Shown in pieces: positions 49,410 through 61,537 of a stretch of 64,000 bases of DNA (position 1 is the stretch's first letter; each line of letters starts with the position of its first letter). The DNA is from Octopus sinensis (lineage: Eukaryota), in assembly GCF_006345805.1 (NCBI RefSeq), contig NC_043004.1:93186001-93250000 (forward strand), read 5' to 3'. The position numbers and the translations under genes are program-made. The notes under the pieces are model-generated. The model worked only from the letters and a program-made list of their open reading frames with translations. It was not told where the DNA came from and ran no database searches.

Positions 49410-50290
49410 ATACCAGCAGAGATACCTGGCGTTGCTCAGGATTAAAACGGCATAGCTTTTTATTCTTTTACTTTTGTTTCAGTCATTTGATTGCGGCCAT
49501 GTTGGAGCACCGCCTTTAGTCGAACAGAAAGAGAGAGGGGAGAAAGAAAGAGAGAAAGAGGGGAGGAGAAAGAAAGAAACAAACAAAGAGGAAGGGAGAA
49601 ATGAAGGAAGGAAGGAAGGAAGGGAGGGAGGGAGGAAGAAAGGAAGGAAGAAAGGAAAGAAATAAAGAACGAAAGAACAAAAGAAAGAAAGAAACAACGA
49701 AAGAAAGAAAGGAAACAACAAAAGAAAGAAGGAAGGAAAGAGGAACGAAGAAAGAAGGAGGGAGAAAGAAAAAAGAAAGATGGAAGGAATGAAAGAAAGA
49801 CAGAAAGGAAGGAAAGGAAGGAGGAAGGAAGGACAGGAAGGAAAGGAGGAAGGAAGGGACGAGAGATAGAGGGGGAAGAAAGAAAGATAGAAAGAAAGAA
49901 GGAGAAAGAAAGAAAAAAGAAAGAAAGAAAGAAAGAAAGAAGGAGAAAGAAAGAAAGAAAGGGAGAGAAAGAAGGAAGGAAAGAAAGAAGACAGACTAAA
50001 ATAGAAGAACTATTACAGAAGATGAGAGAAAATATATGTAAACAAGAGAAGCAGAAAAGGGAGAGAATCGGTTGAAAACTGCAGTTTATGGAGAAAAACC
50101 GTGTAAAACACCTTTTCCCCCGATTTCTCGCTTTACGTAGGAACTCTGAGGAAAAATCATAGTGCATGACTATCCTTTGTGCATTAGTAATGTGTGTGTA
50201 AAGCCTGGTGAAAATCGGTTGAAAACTGTAGAAATGCATACATATTACACACTCAGACATACGCACAGACATCCTTTGATTTATATATAC
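49410..50290 (-). mobile_element. Non-autonomous Helitron with nested SINE B tail and ~500-bp purine tract
   Basis: 3' end ctgagcaacgccaggtatctctgctggt; 5' end tatatataaatcaaaggatgtctgtgcgtatgtctg; (GAAA/GGAA)n at 49525-50000. Confidence 0.65.
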
Positions 50291-50299
50291 CTTTAATAC

Positions 50300-50800
50300 G
50301 ATCAGAAACTTTTCTTCTTGATAAACTAATATTTCCAAACAGAGTTTTTCTGTATATATATATTATCAACAGCAGTAAGGATACATTCTTTCACGAATTC
50401 ACCATCGTTATGTGGTTTGAATATTTTAGCAATATTTTCGCAAACAGCATAACTAGCTCGAGTTACTGATTCACTTTCAAGAATCGTCCTTTTAAAAAAA
50501 GCTTGTCTTTTGGTCAGATTTTCTTTCAAGGAGACTATCTTGTATAAACGTTCAGATTCTTTCAAATTTTCATAGGTCTTATGCTTGCTCACAAAATACC
50601 TCTCAATATTATATTTTTTTATGAACGACTACTTGTTCATTGCAAATAAGACAAATGCACTTGTTATCTATTTCACTAAAAAAATAAAGCTCAGTCCATT
50701 TTTCATCAAACAAAGCACATTCACCAGCATTTCCTTTTTTAGGATTTTTATAACTGCTTGCCATATTGATAAGAGTATTGGAAAATTGATTTAACAAAGT
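50300..50800 (-). pseudogene. hAT (SPIN/GTF2IRD2-like) transposase N-terminal fragment
   Basis: ECALFDEKWTELYFFSEIDNKCICLICNEQVVVHK and RASYAVCENIAKIFKPHNDGEFVKECI. Confidence 0.82.
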
Positions 50801-51594
50801 TATAAACCAGTTAAATTTATATTATCACTTTCGGAATTTTTGTTATTACTGCCACCTGGGAAAAACAAAAGTCAGCTGGCTCGTAGACATAAGGCATGTG
50901 TTCAGTGTTGTAGAAATCGTAAAAAATAATAATCTGCAAAAAATTAAGATATTGTTTGGTTCTGCAAGGTTTAACTTGATTTTCCTCTCTCCGTTGTCCA
51001 TCCTGGTGTTTACAAGCGAGTGGATAGGGAAGGGCGATAACTGATAAGCCTTTGGCAGATGAAAGTAACTATTGTTGACCTTTTTGACACCCTCTGATAG
51101 CAGAAAGGTGACTATTTTTCGCTGCTTTTTCAGAAAAAAAAGTAATATTTTTTATAACCTTGTGGACAAAGCATCTAATTAGTAGTTTCTGTTTCGATGA
51201 AGCTTTACCAAATTGTTTTTGATTTTTAATAGATTTTAAAATATTTTTTATTTATCGATTGACAGAGAGGGTCGGTGTCGGTTTCGGAGATTTTTTTTTT
51301 TTTTCGTCAAAAACGTGAAAAATTAAATAGGGAGGAAAATTTGAATACTTCGGGTTCTTGGATATGAATGATTTTTAACTGTATTTTCTACAATCCTTCA
51401 GCTTTCGTTTCATATAACAATTATTTCCATACATACAATAAATATTTTATTTTCTCAGCTAGAGTGTAGTTGGGTCTCAAGGGTGTGGTACAAACCTAGC
51501 AATATGTGTTTTATAGTGAAATCAAAATTTCCATTCAAATGGCAATTACCGAACGATTTCTGTTCGAGTCTGACCGTTTTAAGTAGTAGTGGAA

Positions 51595-52245
51595 ACCCGA
51601 CCTATGTGGCAAGCGTCCATGCTGCCAACAAAGCACGCGGAGTTCTGTTCTTGATTCGACGGTCATTCGGAATGCTCACAGCAGCCATATTCCTACCGCT
51701 CTATGTCACGCTGGTGAGACCCATATTGGAGTACGGGATTCAAGCCTCTTCTCCTTATCTCCTCAAAGACATGCAGCATCTCGAAAGAGTCCAGAAGCTG
51801 GCTACCCGCATGGTTCTTGGTCTCAAGAATTTGTCTTATGAAGAAAGGCTGAAGATGCTCGACCTTTATTCTCTAGAAAAACGACGACGCCGTGGTGATC
51901 TCATTCTTGCTCACAACATCATAAGCAGAAAGTGTAACCTCTCGAAAGAGCTGTTCTTCACTCCTGCTCCAGAGCGTCGGCTGCGGGGTCATTCCGAAAA
52001 GCTCTATCTGCGACGATTTCATCTCAATCGAAGGAGAGGGGCTTTCTCCGTCCGGGTTGCGGATCCGTGGAATAAGCTGCCGGACGAGATGGTGAAGATG
52101 CCGACGACCGCTCGGTTCAAAGTCTCCCTTGACCACAAGTGGTCTGAACTCTTTACATGAACACCACCCTGTACATAACTCCATGTCCCCCTACATGGCC
52201 TTGCTTTTTGCTTTTTGAGCAAAAAAATTAACTAACTAATTAACA
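51595..52245 (+). mobile_element. Young 5'-truncated CR1 LINE
   Basis: Uninterrupted ORF2 C-terminus (LYVTLVRPILEYG...LERVQKLATRM...LYSLEKRRRRGDLI...FSVRVADPWNKLP...FKVSLD) to the stop at 52160; 3' UTR ends in (TAAC)n. Confidence 0.93.
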
Positions 52246-52299
52246 AATAGGCATACGGATATTGTATAAATTTTATAATCGAAAAATTAACTTTATTTT

Positions 52300-52368
52300 G
52301 TACATACGAGTATATCAGCCTGCGAGCGCAATAAAATGGGCTTGTGGGCGGGGATTTCCCCACCCCTG
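52300..52368 (-). mobile_element. hAT terminal region (CAGGGGTGGGGAAA on the minus strand)
   Basis: ...gggcggggatttccccacccctg; oriented as the 5' end for the 50300-50800 transposase. Confidence 0.6.
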
Positions 52369-52619
52369 GTTTCGATGGTGTAGACTACGATGTAGACATG
52401 CATATATACATATATACACACCATGCATATGTATCGACGATGATTAAGGTCGAGATAGGAGAAATGCTTTGATTAATTATTAAAATGGTTATTTATTAAG
52501 TTGATTATAATATTAGTCGTTACAATATAAAGTTAACGTCGTCGTTACGTCGTTGTATGTACACAAGTTATTTGTTTGTTGCAGTAGAATATTTTCTGTG
52601 GATTCATGGTTTATTGTGT

Positions 52620-52992
52620 ACGTTAGTTTCTTCTCGCGTAAACGTAGATGTTCGGTTAGAACAAACTTTACTGCGTTATGTACTATGAGAGAAACTCTCA
52701 CATAGGTCTTTGGTGCAGAATGTTTGTTTATATCACCAGCGGGGAGATAACTCCCCACCAGCTCCAACGCTCGAGTGGTCGAGCGTCCATCATCGATGAG
52801 ATCAAAAGAGATCGAAACCATGTGATCTGGTGGTCTCGGGCGCTGAATTTGGTGAGAATTTATCACCTCGCTAGCGATATAAACAAGCGTGCATTCTGCA
52901 CTAAAAGCCTGTATGAGAGTTTCTCTCATGGTAAATGCCACAGTAAAGTTTGTTCTAACAGAACATCCACGTTTAAGTGGGAATAAACGTTA
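52620..52992. mobile_element. ~370-bp foldback with hammerhead-like core in the spacer
   Basis: Arms ~52632-52775 / ~52835-52982; TCGATGA-gatc-aaaaga-gatc-GAAAC-CATG at 52793-52822. Confidence 0.82.
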
Positions 52993-53084
52993 CCTCTCCG
53001 TAGTAACACTACCTCTGTCGCAAATATATATGTATGTTAGTAGCTTCTCTGCGAAAGACATAGTCGTAGTTTTCTTTATAATTT

Positions 53085-53355
53085 CTTTATAATTAGAAGG
53101 AGTGGCAGATAAAAAACACCATCCGAGCGTGGCCGTTCGCCAGCCTCGTCTGGCACCTGTGTCGGTGGCACATAAAAAGCACCCACTACACTCACGGAGT
53201 GGTTGGCGTTAGGAAGGGCATCCAGCTGTAGAAACACCGCCAGATCTGACTGGCCTGGTGCAGCCTTCGGGCTTCCCAGACCCCAGTTGAACCGTTCAAC
53301 CCATGCTAGCATGGAAAGCGGACGTTAAACGATGATGATGATGATGATGATGAGT
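53085..53355 (-). mobile_element. SINE/LINE-tail family D (ggatgcccttcctaacgccaacc motif)
   Basis: Minus strand catcatcatcgtttaacgtccgctttccatgc...ctggatgcccttcctaacgccaacc. Confidence 0.75.
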
Positions 53356-53621
53356 GATAAATCTATTCTCGTACCTCACACATACATGCATAAATACATA
53401 CACATATATACATGCATACGTACATACATACATATGTACATACATACACATGACATTCCTACCGCTCAAACAATAACTTCTTGAAATGCGTTTCTTGAAG
53501 TATTGATCTATGGTAACTTTTCCTCTTCTCAAACCAAAGTTAAGAACGAAAATATAATAAACGATTCAATAAAAAGTGACTCAAAGATGTTAGACAATAT
53601 ATTCGTAAGGGAAGTGGTGGA

Positions 53622-54005
53622 TGGAAGCACTCCGTCGGTTACGACGACGAGGGTTCCGGTTGATCCGAATCAACGGAACAGCCTGCTCGTGAAATTAACG
53701 TGTAAGTGACTGAGCACTCCACAGACACGTGTACTCTTAACGTAGTTCTCGGAGATATTCAGCGTGACACAGAGAGTGACAAGGCCGGCCCTTTGAAATA
53801 CAGGTACAACAGAAACAGGAAGTAAGAGTGAAAGAAAGTTGTGGTGAAAGAGTACAGCAGGGATCACCACCATCCCCTGCCGGAGCCTCGTGGAGCTTTA
53901 GGTGTTTTCGCTCAATAAACACTCACAACGCCCGGTCTGGGAATCGAAACCGCGATCCTATGACCGCGAGTCTGCTGCCCTAACCACTGAGCCATTGCGC
54001 CTCCA
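53622..54005 (-). mobile_element. SINE family C, full length
   Basis: Head ggaggcgcaatggctcagtggttagggc at ~54005; tail ctcgtcgtcgtaaccgacggagtg. Confidence 0.92.
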
Positions 54006-54419
54006 CCGTAAGGGAAGCAGAGGAAAAATGAAAGAAATGATGAAGCAAAATAGCTAGTTGTAAAATCTCTGAAAGAAATGATATTGAACGGAAACATTAA
54101 CAGCGTCAACAACGACAATACTAACAACAACAACAACAATAGTAGCAGACTATAAAACCAGAATCAGTGCTGATGAAATGGAAATAAATTCATATTTACA
54201 TGCATACATACATACTCACGCACGTATATAAAGACACATATATGCAAACACACACACACACACACAGATACGTACGTGCATGCTTACACACATACATGCA
54301 TAAGTACATACACATACAGTTACTGGGTTTTGCAGTAAATCAGTAAATCATCCATAACTTTTGTATTATCCTCTCAAATTACACCAAAATCTCAGACAAT
54401 AACAATTAATATCGTATTT

Positions 54420-54524
54420 ATTGTCTGTAAAAATTATAGAATATAAAACAACTTTGATAAAAACTTATACCTACTTTTCTGACGAAAACAATGCCGTTCT
54501 GAACATTTTGGCCGCAACTGTATA
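54420..54524 (+). mobile_element. Tc1-like right terminus
   Basis: ...ttctgaacattttggccgcaactg-TA (reverse complement TA-CAGTTGCGGCCAAAA). Confidence 0.55.
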
Positions 54525-54648
54525 TACATGCATGCATACATACATACATACATACATTCACACATACATGCATACATACATACATACATACATACATACA
54601 TACATACATACATACATACATACACACATACATACATACATACATACA

Positions 54649-54679
<31 letters not shown>

Positions 54680-55734
54680 GTACATACATACACACACATA
54701 TAGTCATCTAAGAAACCGTTAGTCACATAAAACAGGCGCTTGTATACTTGGCAATAGAGTGGGTAGATTAACCATTATAGTATGCTATAGTATAAATTCA
54801 TCTCAGCCAATCTTACCAATCGGTTTTGCACAGGAATTAGATGATTGTGTGATCATCTAACACTGCATTCGTCAGGCATGAAAAAGACAGAAACGCATCT
54901 CTGTACAAAAGATGGAATGAATCCGTGGGAGACTATTAGAGACAAATTCTTTCAAGAGTTATGGTCCTTGCCTCCAATAACCTTAGAGGGTACTATCAGC
55001 CAGCAAAATAAGGTTTGGGTGCAGATGGTGTGGGGTTGATATGTGTGCAGGGGATTTTGGAAGTAGGGAATGAAGCAGGCGCCCAATGTTAAACCCATGG
55101 GTGGATTATATGCGTATGTGTGTTTAAGCGTGTACGGTTGGCAGTGGTCAATACTATGCTGAACTCTCAGGTTGTGATGGAGTAAAGACTGACGATGGAC
55201 ATCCTAAAATTTATAATCATGGTGAAGTTCGTTGGTAACCGACCACATGCTTCCATTCATGTATGCATAGGCTGGAAACCTCGCTCTGGCAGTTTAGGTA
55301 GGTGTCCAGATGAAGAAGTTTTTTTGCATAGTTCTGTAGCGGCAATATTCAGCAATTAGATCACTACACTCGATGTCGCGATTTGCTAGAATATTACCCA
55401 CGTGATAAAAAGAAAATCTAACCAATCACGACTTCGACAAGAAGTGGCTCCAGCAACAATTCCAATTTTACGTACCTTTCTCTCTGAGTCTATCCAACAC
55501 TATTAATTCAGCACACCTTAGCTACTTCACAGAGAACATTGAGACACAGGAGTGATGGGATGGCAAACAGGAGGAGAATAGACACTGGCCCGAGCCGACA
55601 GTAGCTAAACAATGACAAACAACGACAGAAACACCAGCACCAACTAACTACACTTTGACTGCTACTACAATCACACCAAGAACAATAACATTGAAATTCT
55701 CTCGATGTTTTGTCATTCGTAGTAATATTTTTCT

Positions 55735-55948
55735 TTACTCTTTTACTTGTTTCAGTCATTTGACTGTGGCCATGCTGGAGCACCACCTTTTTAGTCGAGC
55801 AAATCGACCCCAGGACTTATTCTTTGTAAGCCCAGTACTTTTGCCGAACCGCTAAGTTACGGGGACGTAAACACACCAGCATCGGTTGTCAAGCGATGTT
55901 GGGGGGGGGGACAAACACAGACACACAAACATATACACATACATATAT

Positions 55949-55994
<46 letters not shown>

Positions 55995-56145
55995 TACGAC
56001 AGGCTTCTTTCAGTTTCCGTCTACCAAATCCACTCACAAGGCTTTGGTCGGCCCGAGGCTATAGTAGAAGACACTTGCCCAAGGTGCCACGCAGTGGGAC
56101 TGAACCCAGAACCATGTGGTTCGTAAGCAAGCTACTTACCACACA
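55735..56145 (-). mobile_element. SINE family B
   Basis: Near-full match. Confidence 0.9.
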
Positions 56146-56164
56146 AAAGAATAAATATCTTAAT

Positions 56165-56325
56165 GTATTACTTAAGGCTACTTTAATGTGGTTGTCCTCT
56201 AAGAGACAACGATACTGCCATTTAACTCTAGGAAGACATCTCCAGCTGGTTTACTCAGTGCGCTTCTGGCACCCGATATTTATTGCAAGCACCCTGGCTT
56301 CAAACCACCAGATCATGTGCAGGAA
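56165..56325 (-). mobile_element. Solo PLE pseudo-LTR tail homologue
   Basis: Minus strand catgatctggtggt...ccagctggagatgtcttcctagagttaaatggcagta...cttagagg resembles both 52820-52835 and 3060-3130. Confidence 0.6.
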
Positions 56326-56692
56326 AGGAAAATCGAATGTTCTTTGCTTCAATTTTCGTTTACATTTGATTGTCGTTCGCGTGATTAGTGACGCAGTTTT
56401 CTTTTTTTACTTCTCTTTCGCAACCATCGGAGCGCGAAGAGCTCCTCACAAACGCAAATTTGTGAGACGATTGTGATCTATAAGCAGTTTTGAGTATGAA
56501 CTGGAAAGAGAAGTATGAACACGCAATGCGCATGTGCACAATGAATTCGTAAAACGGGAAGAAAAGAACAAAACGCAATGCGCATGTCAAAAAATTAAGA
56601 GAAGCAGAAAAACGAAAAAATTTGTTTGCACAGCTTAAATAATTTTAAAATACTGAGATTGTGATTTTCTCTTAATTATCGTACCATTTACT

Positions 56693-56823
<131 letters not shown>

Positions 56824-56941
56824 CAGTAAAACAATTAAGATTCAAGTGAGTTCCAATGAATTCACATGAATGTGGTATTTAACTTAGATGCACCAGAAAT
56901 CTATATGGTATTAACCATAAAATAATGTGGGGTGATTATAA

Positions 56942-57750
56942 GCAAGAAAAAAGCAACAAGAATGGATTAGTTGTTCAGTACAATTGTTTTATACGAAGAA
57001 CAGCTTTATTAAAAGCTGCAAATATTGCAGCAAATACAAGTGTCCCGTATTCATCAGCCAAAACACATATGAGTTTTCCAAACATCCAAACTCATGAAGT
57101 ATCGAAGAGAGTTCTATGAAAAGCAAAGTTAGGTTGTAAGCAGACTTAAAATGTTCTCTAATGATGCACAGTTTTATAAAAGGTTTTTAAAAAAGATTGT
57201 TAGCTTCACAGAAAAGGTAAATCCATCCATAATAATGCAGGTGTAATTTCCGGAGATATGAGGAGAGATTTTATTCTCAGAGAAGATGAATGTATCCATA
57301 ATAATGCAGATGTAAATTTCCTGATATATGAGTAGAAGATGTTGATCACACTTCTATTCGTTTCAGAAAACTACTATGTTGGAAGAAGAGATTGGCTATA
57401 TTGGCTAAAAGAAGTCAGTGAAGCAGAAATCGCTCAAATAAGGACATTATGGGAGGAAGGGGGTGTAAGTACACAACCTACAAGGTTTAGTTTATTTCTG
57501 TGGTGACAGAAAATCTAGGTCAGTGTTGCAGGAATCTAAGATTCATAATTTATAAGAGAACGTTATTTTTGACCATCAGACAGCTATTAACTGCCGCTCC
57601 TACAGAGTTAATGGTGGGATAAAGAATATAAAGAGAACAAAGGAAAGAATTAAAGGGGTCAAAGGCTATCAGTAGAGGAAAATATATTAAGAAATTTAAG
57701 TGCAACACTAGAACAGGAGGTTATTTATTTATTTATTATTGTTTCTATTT
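56942..57750 (+). mobile_element. 5' part of the Hydra-clade-like PLE in plus orientation (decayed)
   Basis: First ~150 bp are the inverted copy of 60570-60712, then continue ..LMKYRREFYEKQ.. into sequence absent from the minus copy. Confidence 0.6.
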
Positions 57751-60711
57751 ATACTAATGTTTATACATTGTAAGACAGACTTTAGGTCTATACCTAGAGG
57801 TCAATTAATTTCTATAGTAAAAGGTGTGAGAGTATTGCTTATTCAAAATATAGTGAAAATCATAGTGAAAATTCTTTATATTATTATTAAGGGAGTAGCA
57901 TTACCTATTAAACTTAGAATAGAATTAGGAAGTATTAGCAATTTATTTGATTTAAGTTGGGTTAATTAAATTAACTATATAGTCAATTAAAATTTTGGCA
58001 ACGTACAAATACTATTTGTTTCTTTGTGTTCTAAAGCAGGTACAGTTAGAAAGAAAGAACACCAGTGGAAGAGCTCACAGATGTCTATTTAAAATATATT
58101 AGAGTTTTGCTTTTTTAGTAAAAACGAGACAGACCTAGCTCTATACGATTATTCTATACGATTTTTATTTAAAATATTTAAGAGTCTTGATTTTTGAGTG
58201 AATACAAGATCGACCTAATTCGATACGGTTATTTAATAAAATTTTTTTTCTATGCCTTAAAATTTCATGTCTCCATGGATCAGAGTTGGTAACCTACCCT
58301 GTTATTTCTATAAGGCATCGCTCTTCTAACTATTTCCCAATTAAGGTTATATTTAATATTATTATTTTTGAGTTCCCAGATCTTACTTGAAAGTGTTGTG
58401 CAACCAGCTTTATGACGTAACTTAAATGAGGAGATATGGTTGCTAACTCTTTGTTTAAATTTTATAGTACAACCCAAATAAAAAAAATTTGCTATTCTCA
58501 GTAGTTATGGTACATTTATAGATTACGTTATGGACTCCACACAGACCAGGTGCCGGGCATTTTGACTTAATCCTACAATTACACCTAGGGGGATCATCTT
58601 CAGATTTAGAATTATTTAAGGATAGATATCTCATATTGCTGCTATTCAGATTATTATGAGTATAATTATCGTTATTATACGTAATGTTGTTATCTAAAGC
58701 TGTGTTATCATTTATCGATCCGCTTACACTATCATTTAGCTCTATAGCCATATCATAATTACCCACATTATTGGTATTGCTACTATTATTGCTTGTGTTT
58801 ATATCCGAATGCATATTGCTGTTATAGATATCAACGTTGTCTTCATTCCCGATATTTTCTCTTTTTGCATTGCTCATATTATTATCATTATTATTCCTAT
58901 TAATATTAATATTATTATTAGTTATTCCATAGTTATTGATGCTACCCTTGTTTTGATAGTTACTATTACTGTGGTTATTATTTTTATTTTTGATAATATC
59001 ATTACCATTGTTATTGGTATTTATGTTGGTATTAGTCTTATTATTCCTGGCTAGCTTAATGTTTTTATTATTAATCTTAGCTATTATAGTGGACATATTT
59101 GGGAGGGTTGAATAAGAAATCCTAACCGTTCTTTTAGAAATTATTCTATGATATTTATGAGAGGCTGGGAAATTTTTTTCTAGAATTAATTTGAATCTGC
59201 CTTGTATATCCGATAAAATCGCTCAGTTGAAAGGAATATTCAGCCAGATTATATCTTTCTTATTAAATTTTCTTAAATTAGAATTAGGGTTAGTTGAATT
59301 ATTACTGATCCCACCAGAGCTATTATATTTATTACTATTATTTGTATGCTTTTTTGATTTATCTAAATTGGTTTTATCAGAGTTACCTATGCTCTGGTCT
59401 ATATTTTTATTCTTATGATTAGGCTTGCACGCTAGATTTGTTGCCACCGTAAATCTATTACTACTTTTATTTCGGGCGTGATCTATATTTTTGTTTATGT
59501 GGTTACTGCTACCTCCATTATTAGGAATATGTAAGCTCTCCTTATCAATAAAGATAATCTTTTGGTTGTATCCTGCCTTAGATAACGCCGCATTATAATG
59601 CTCAGAATGAGAGTTAAATATATCATTATTAGATGACAATTTGGAGATTCTTAAGGAAATATTTCTAATCAATGATTTTATTATATTTGGGGGATGATTG
59701 GATAATTTATTTACGTATCTCGTGATTTCACCTTCCTTTCTAAAGGGGTAATGCAGCTTAGAGTTAAGGTCTAATGTAATATCTAGGAAATTGACTATTT
59801 TAGTGCCAGATTCTTAAGTTATGCTAAGGTTGAAATCTTTAAAGAACCTATTAATTTTCTTTCTAATCCGTTCAATGCTAGATTTATTATTACTAGGAAT
59901 AACAAACAGAGCATCATCCCTGTATAGACCACCTTGTAATTCCGGAATCTCCCTTTTTATGCACCTTAATAGATACGCACCTACCAAATTAGTTACCTCA
60001 GCCGAATCACTAGAACCCATGGGTATATCGAAATTATTAGGGGTATCTGCTCTAGTCCATAATTTTCCTTCAAATTCTATAAATGTTTTTCTAGCTAATA
60101 GCACTATATCGATTTCCTCTCTAGATATGAGGGAGCGATTCATAGCAAATATAAGTGATTTATTTAGCAAAATGGGGGAAATACTAGAGTAATAATTATT
60201 TATGTCAAACTGAATAAAGGAGAGACTACTAGTATTAGTTAGAGAATTAAACCATTTTAATACTTCATCGGTATTTAGCCAAAGACTTAAGGGAAGAATC
60301 GGGGTTATTTGGGGTAGAACAGTATCCAGGATAGATTTACTAAGCCGGCCAATGTCTGACTTAGTTGGACAAATAAGCCTTACCGAAGGGTTTTCCATGA
60401 AATTCCTTTTGTGGTCCTTAAGGTTGATTCTAGGTTCACACGGTTTAAGCGACTCCGTTCTATCCGTTAAATTGTATCTTTCCATAATTTCCTTCATTTC
60501 TAGGTTTATTTTTTTCAAATTATTCCTTGTAGTAATTCGATACTTCATGAGTGTAGCCTCACCCCCTAGGATGTTTGGAAAACTCATATGTCTTTTGGCT
60601 GATGAATACGGGACACTCGTATTTGCTGCAATGTTTGCAGCTTTTAATAAATCTGTTCTTCGTATGAAACAATTGTACTGAACAACTAATCCATTCTTAT
60701 TGCTTTTTTCT

Positions 60712-60712
<1 letters not shown>
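57750..60712 (-). mobile_element. Penelope-like element, Hydra-clade-like (RT + C-terminal GIY-YIG), few lesions
   Basis: INLKDHKRNFMENPSVRLICPTKSDIG, FIQFDINNYYSSIS, FDIPMGSSDSAEVTNLVG, GLYRDDAL, HPPNI, IIWLNIPFN, CNCRIKSKCP..VIYKC, FKQRVSNHISSF, LSSKIWELK, LLNNRIELGRSCIH; 5' end abuts (TA)n. Confidence 0.88.
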
Positions 60713-60753
<41 letters not shown>

Positions 60754-61537
60754 ACAGGATATTGAATATATAAATTTATATATGTCGTAAAGTTACAAGG
60801 ATATCCCATTATATTGTGCATATATTCCACCATTCATAGTTTGGGGTTGTGAAAGTTGAATTTATTGAAGTTATTCCCCTTGTAGACAACACCATGTTTC
60901 TATATCCGCTAATGCGGAGAGAAAAATTCTTGACACCGCTTTGCTGCAATTTTTCTTGTTTTGTTTTATTTTGTTGCTTGTGGACCAAAGTTGTTTGATG
61001 AATACAAAAGAAAACATTTGAAGCGTTTCTTGGAATGACGATGGTCATGGTATCGAGCAACTGTTACCGCTATACTTACTAATCATGAACACACAGTGCG
61101 AGTGCATTGGGATGCGGATAAAGACATTCCAGATACAAACATCAGAATCGAAGCAACTGTTATTTTCAAACAGATTAATAGCTTGAAATTTTTTATTTAT
61201 TTATCTACTTGAAAATATTCTTGATGTACCAAATAAATTGCTACAACATGATGACTATGATTTATCCGAAAGAGTCTGTACTGTGCTAAATATTTCGAAA
61301 GAAATGAGAATGAGGGAAATTTCAGTATAAATTCATCTCAGCCAATCTTGCCAATCGGTTTCCCACAGGAATTAGATGATTGTGTGATCATCTAACACTG
61401 CATTCGTCAGGCATGAAAAAGACAGAAACGCATCTCTGTACAAATTCAGAGCATCATCTCTTAAGGAATTCCATATGGAAGACAATAGTTCTATTCTTCA
61501 ACGCACGCGTGAGGTTTCAGAGAATACTACTCAATCA

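Noticed and set aside
49460-50338. 292-aa F/L/S-rich ORF that looks like a membrane protein
   Set aside because: Antisense of a (GAAA/GGAA)n tract inside a Helitron.
54478-54505. CTGACGA...GAAC hammerhead-like string
   Set aside because: No stem II or GAAA; lies in a Tc1-like terminus.
60596-60630. CTGATGA followed by a stem (inverted copy near 57050)
   Set aside because: No GAAA or cleavage triplet; it is the antisense of PLE coding sequence.
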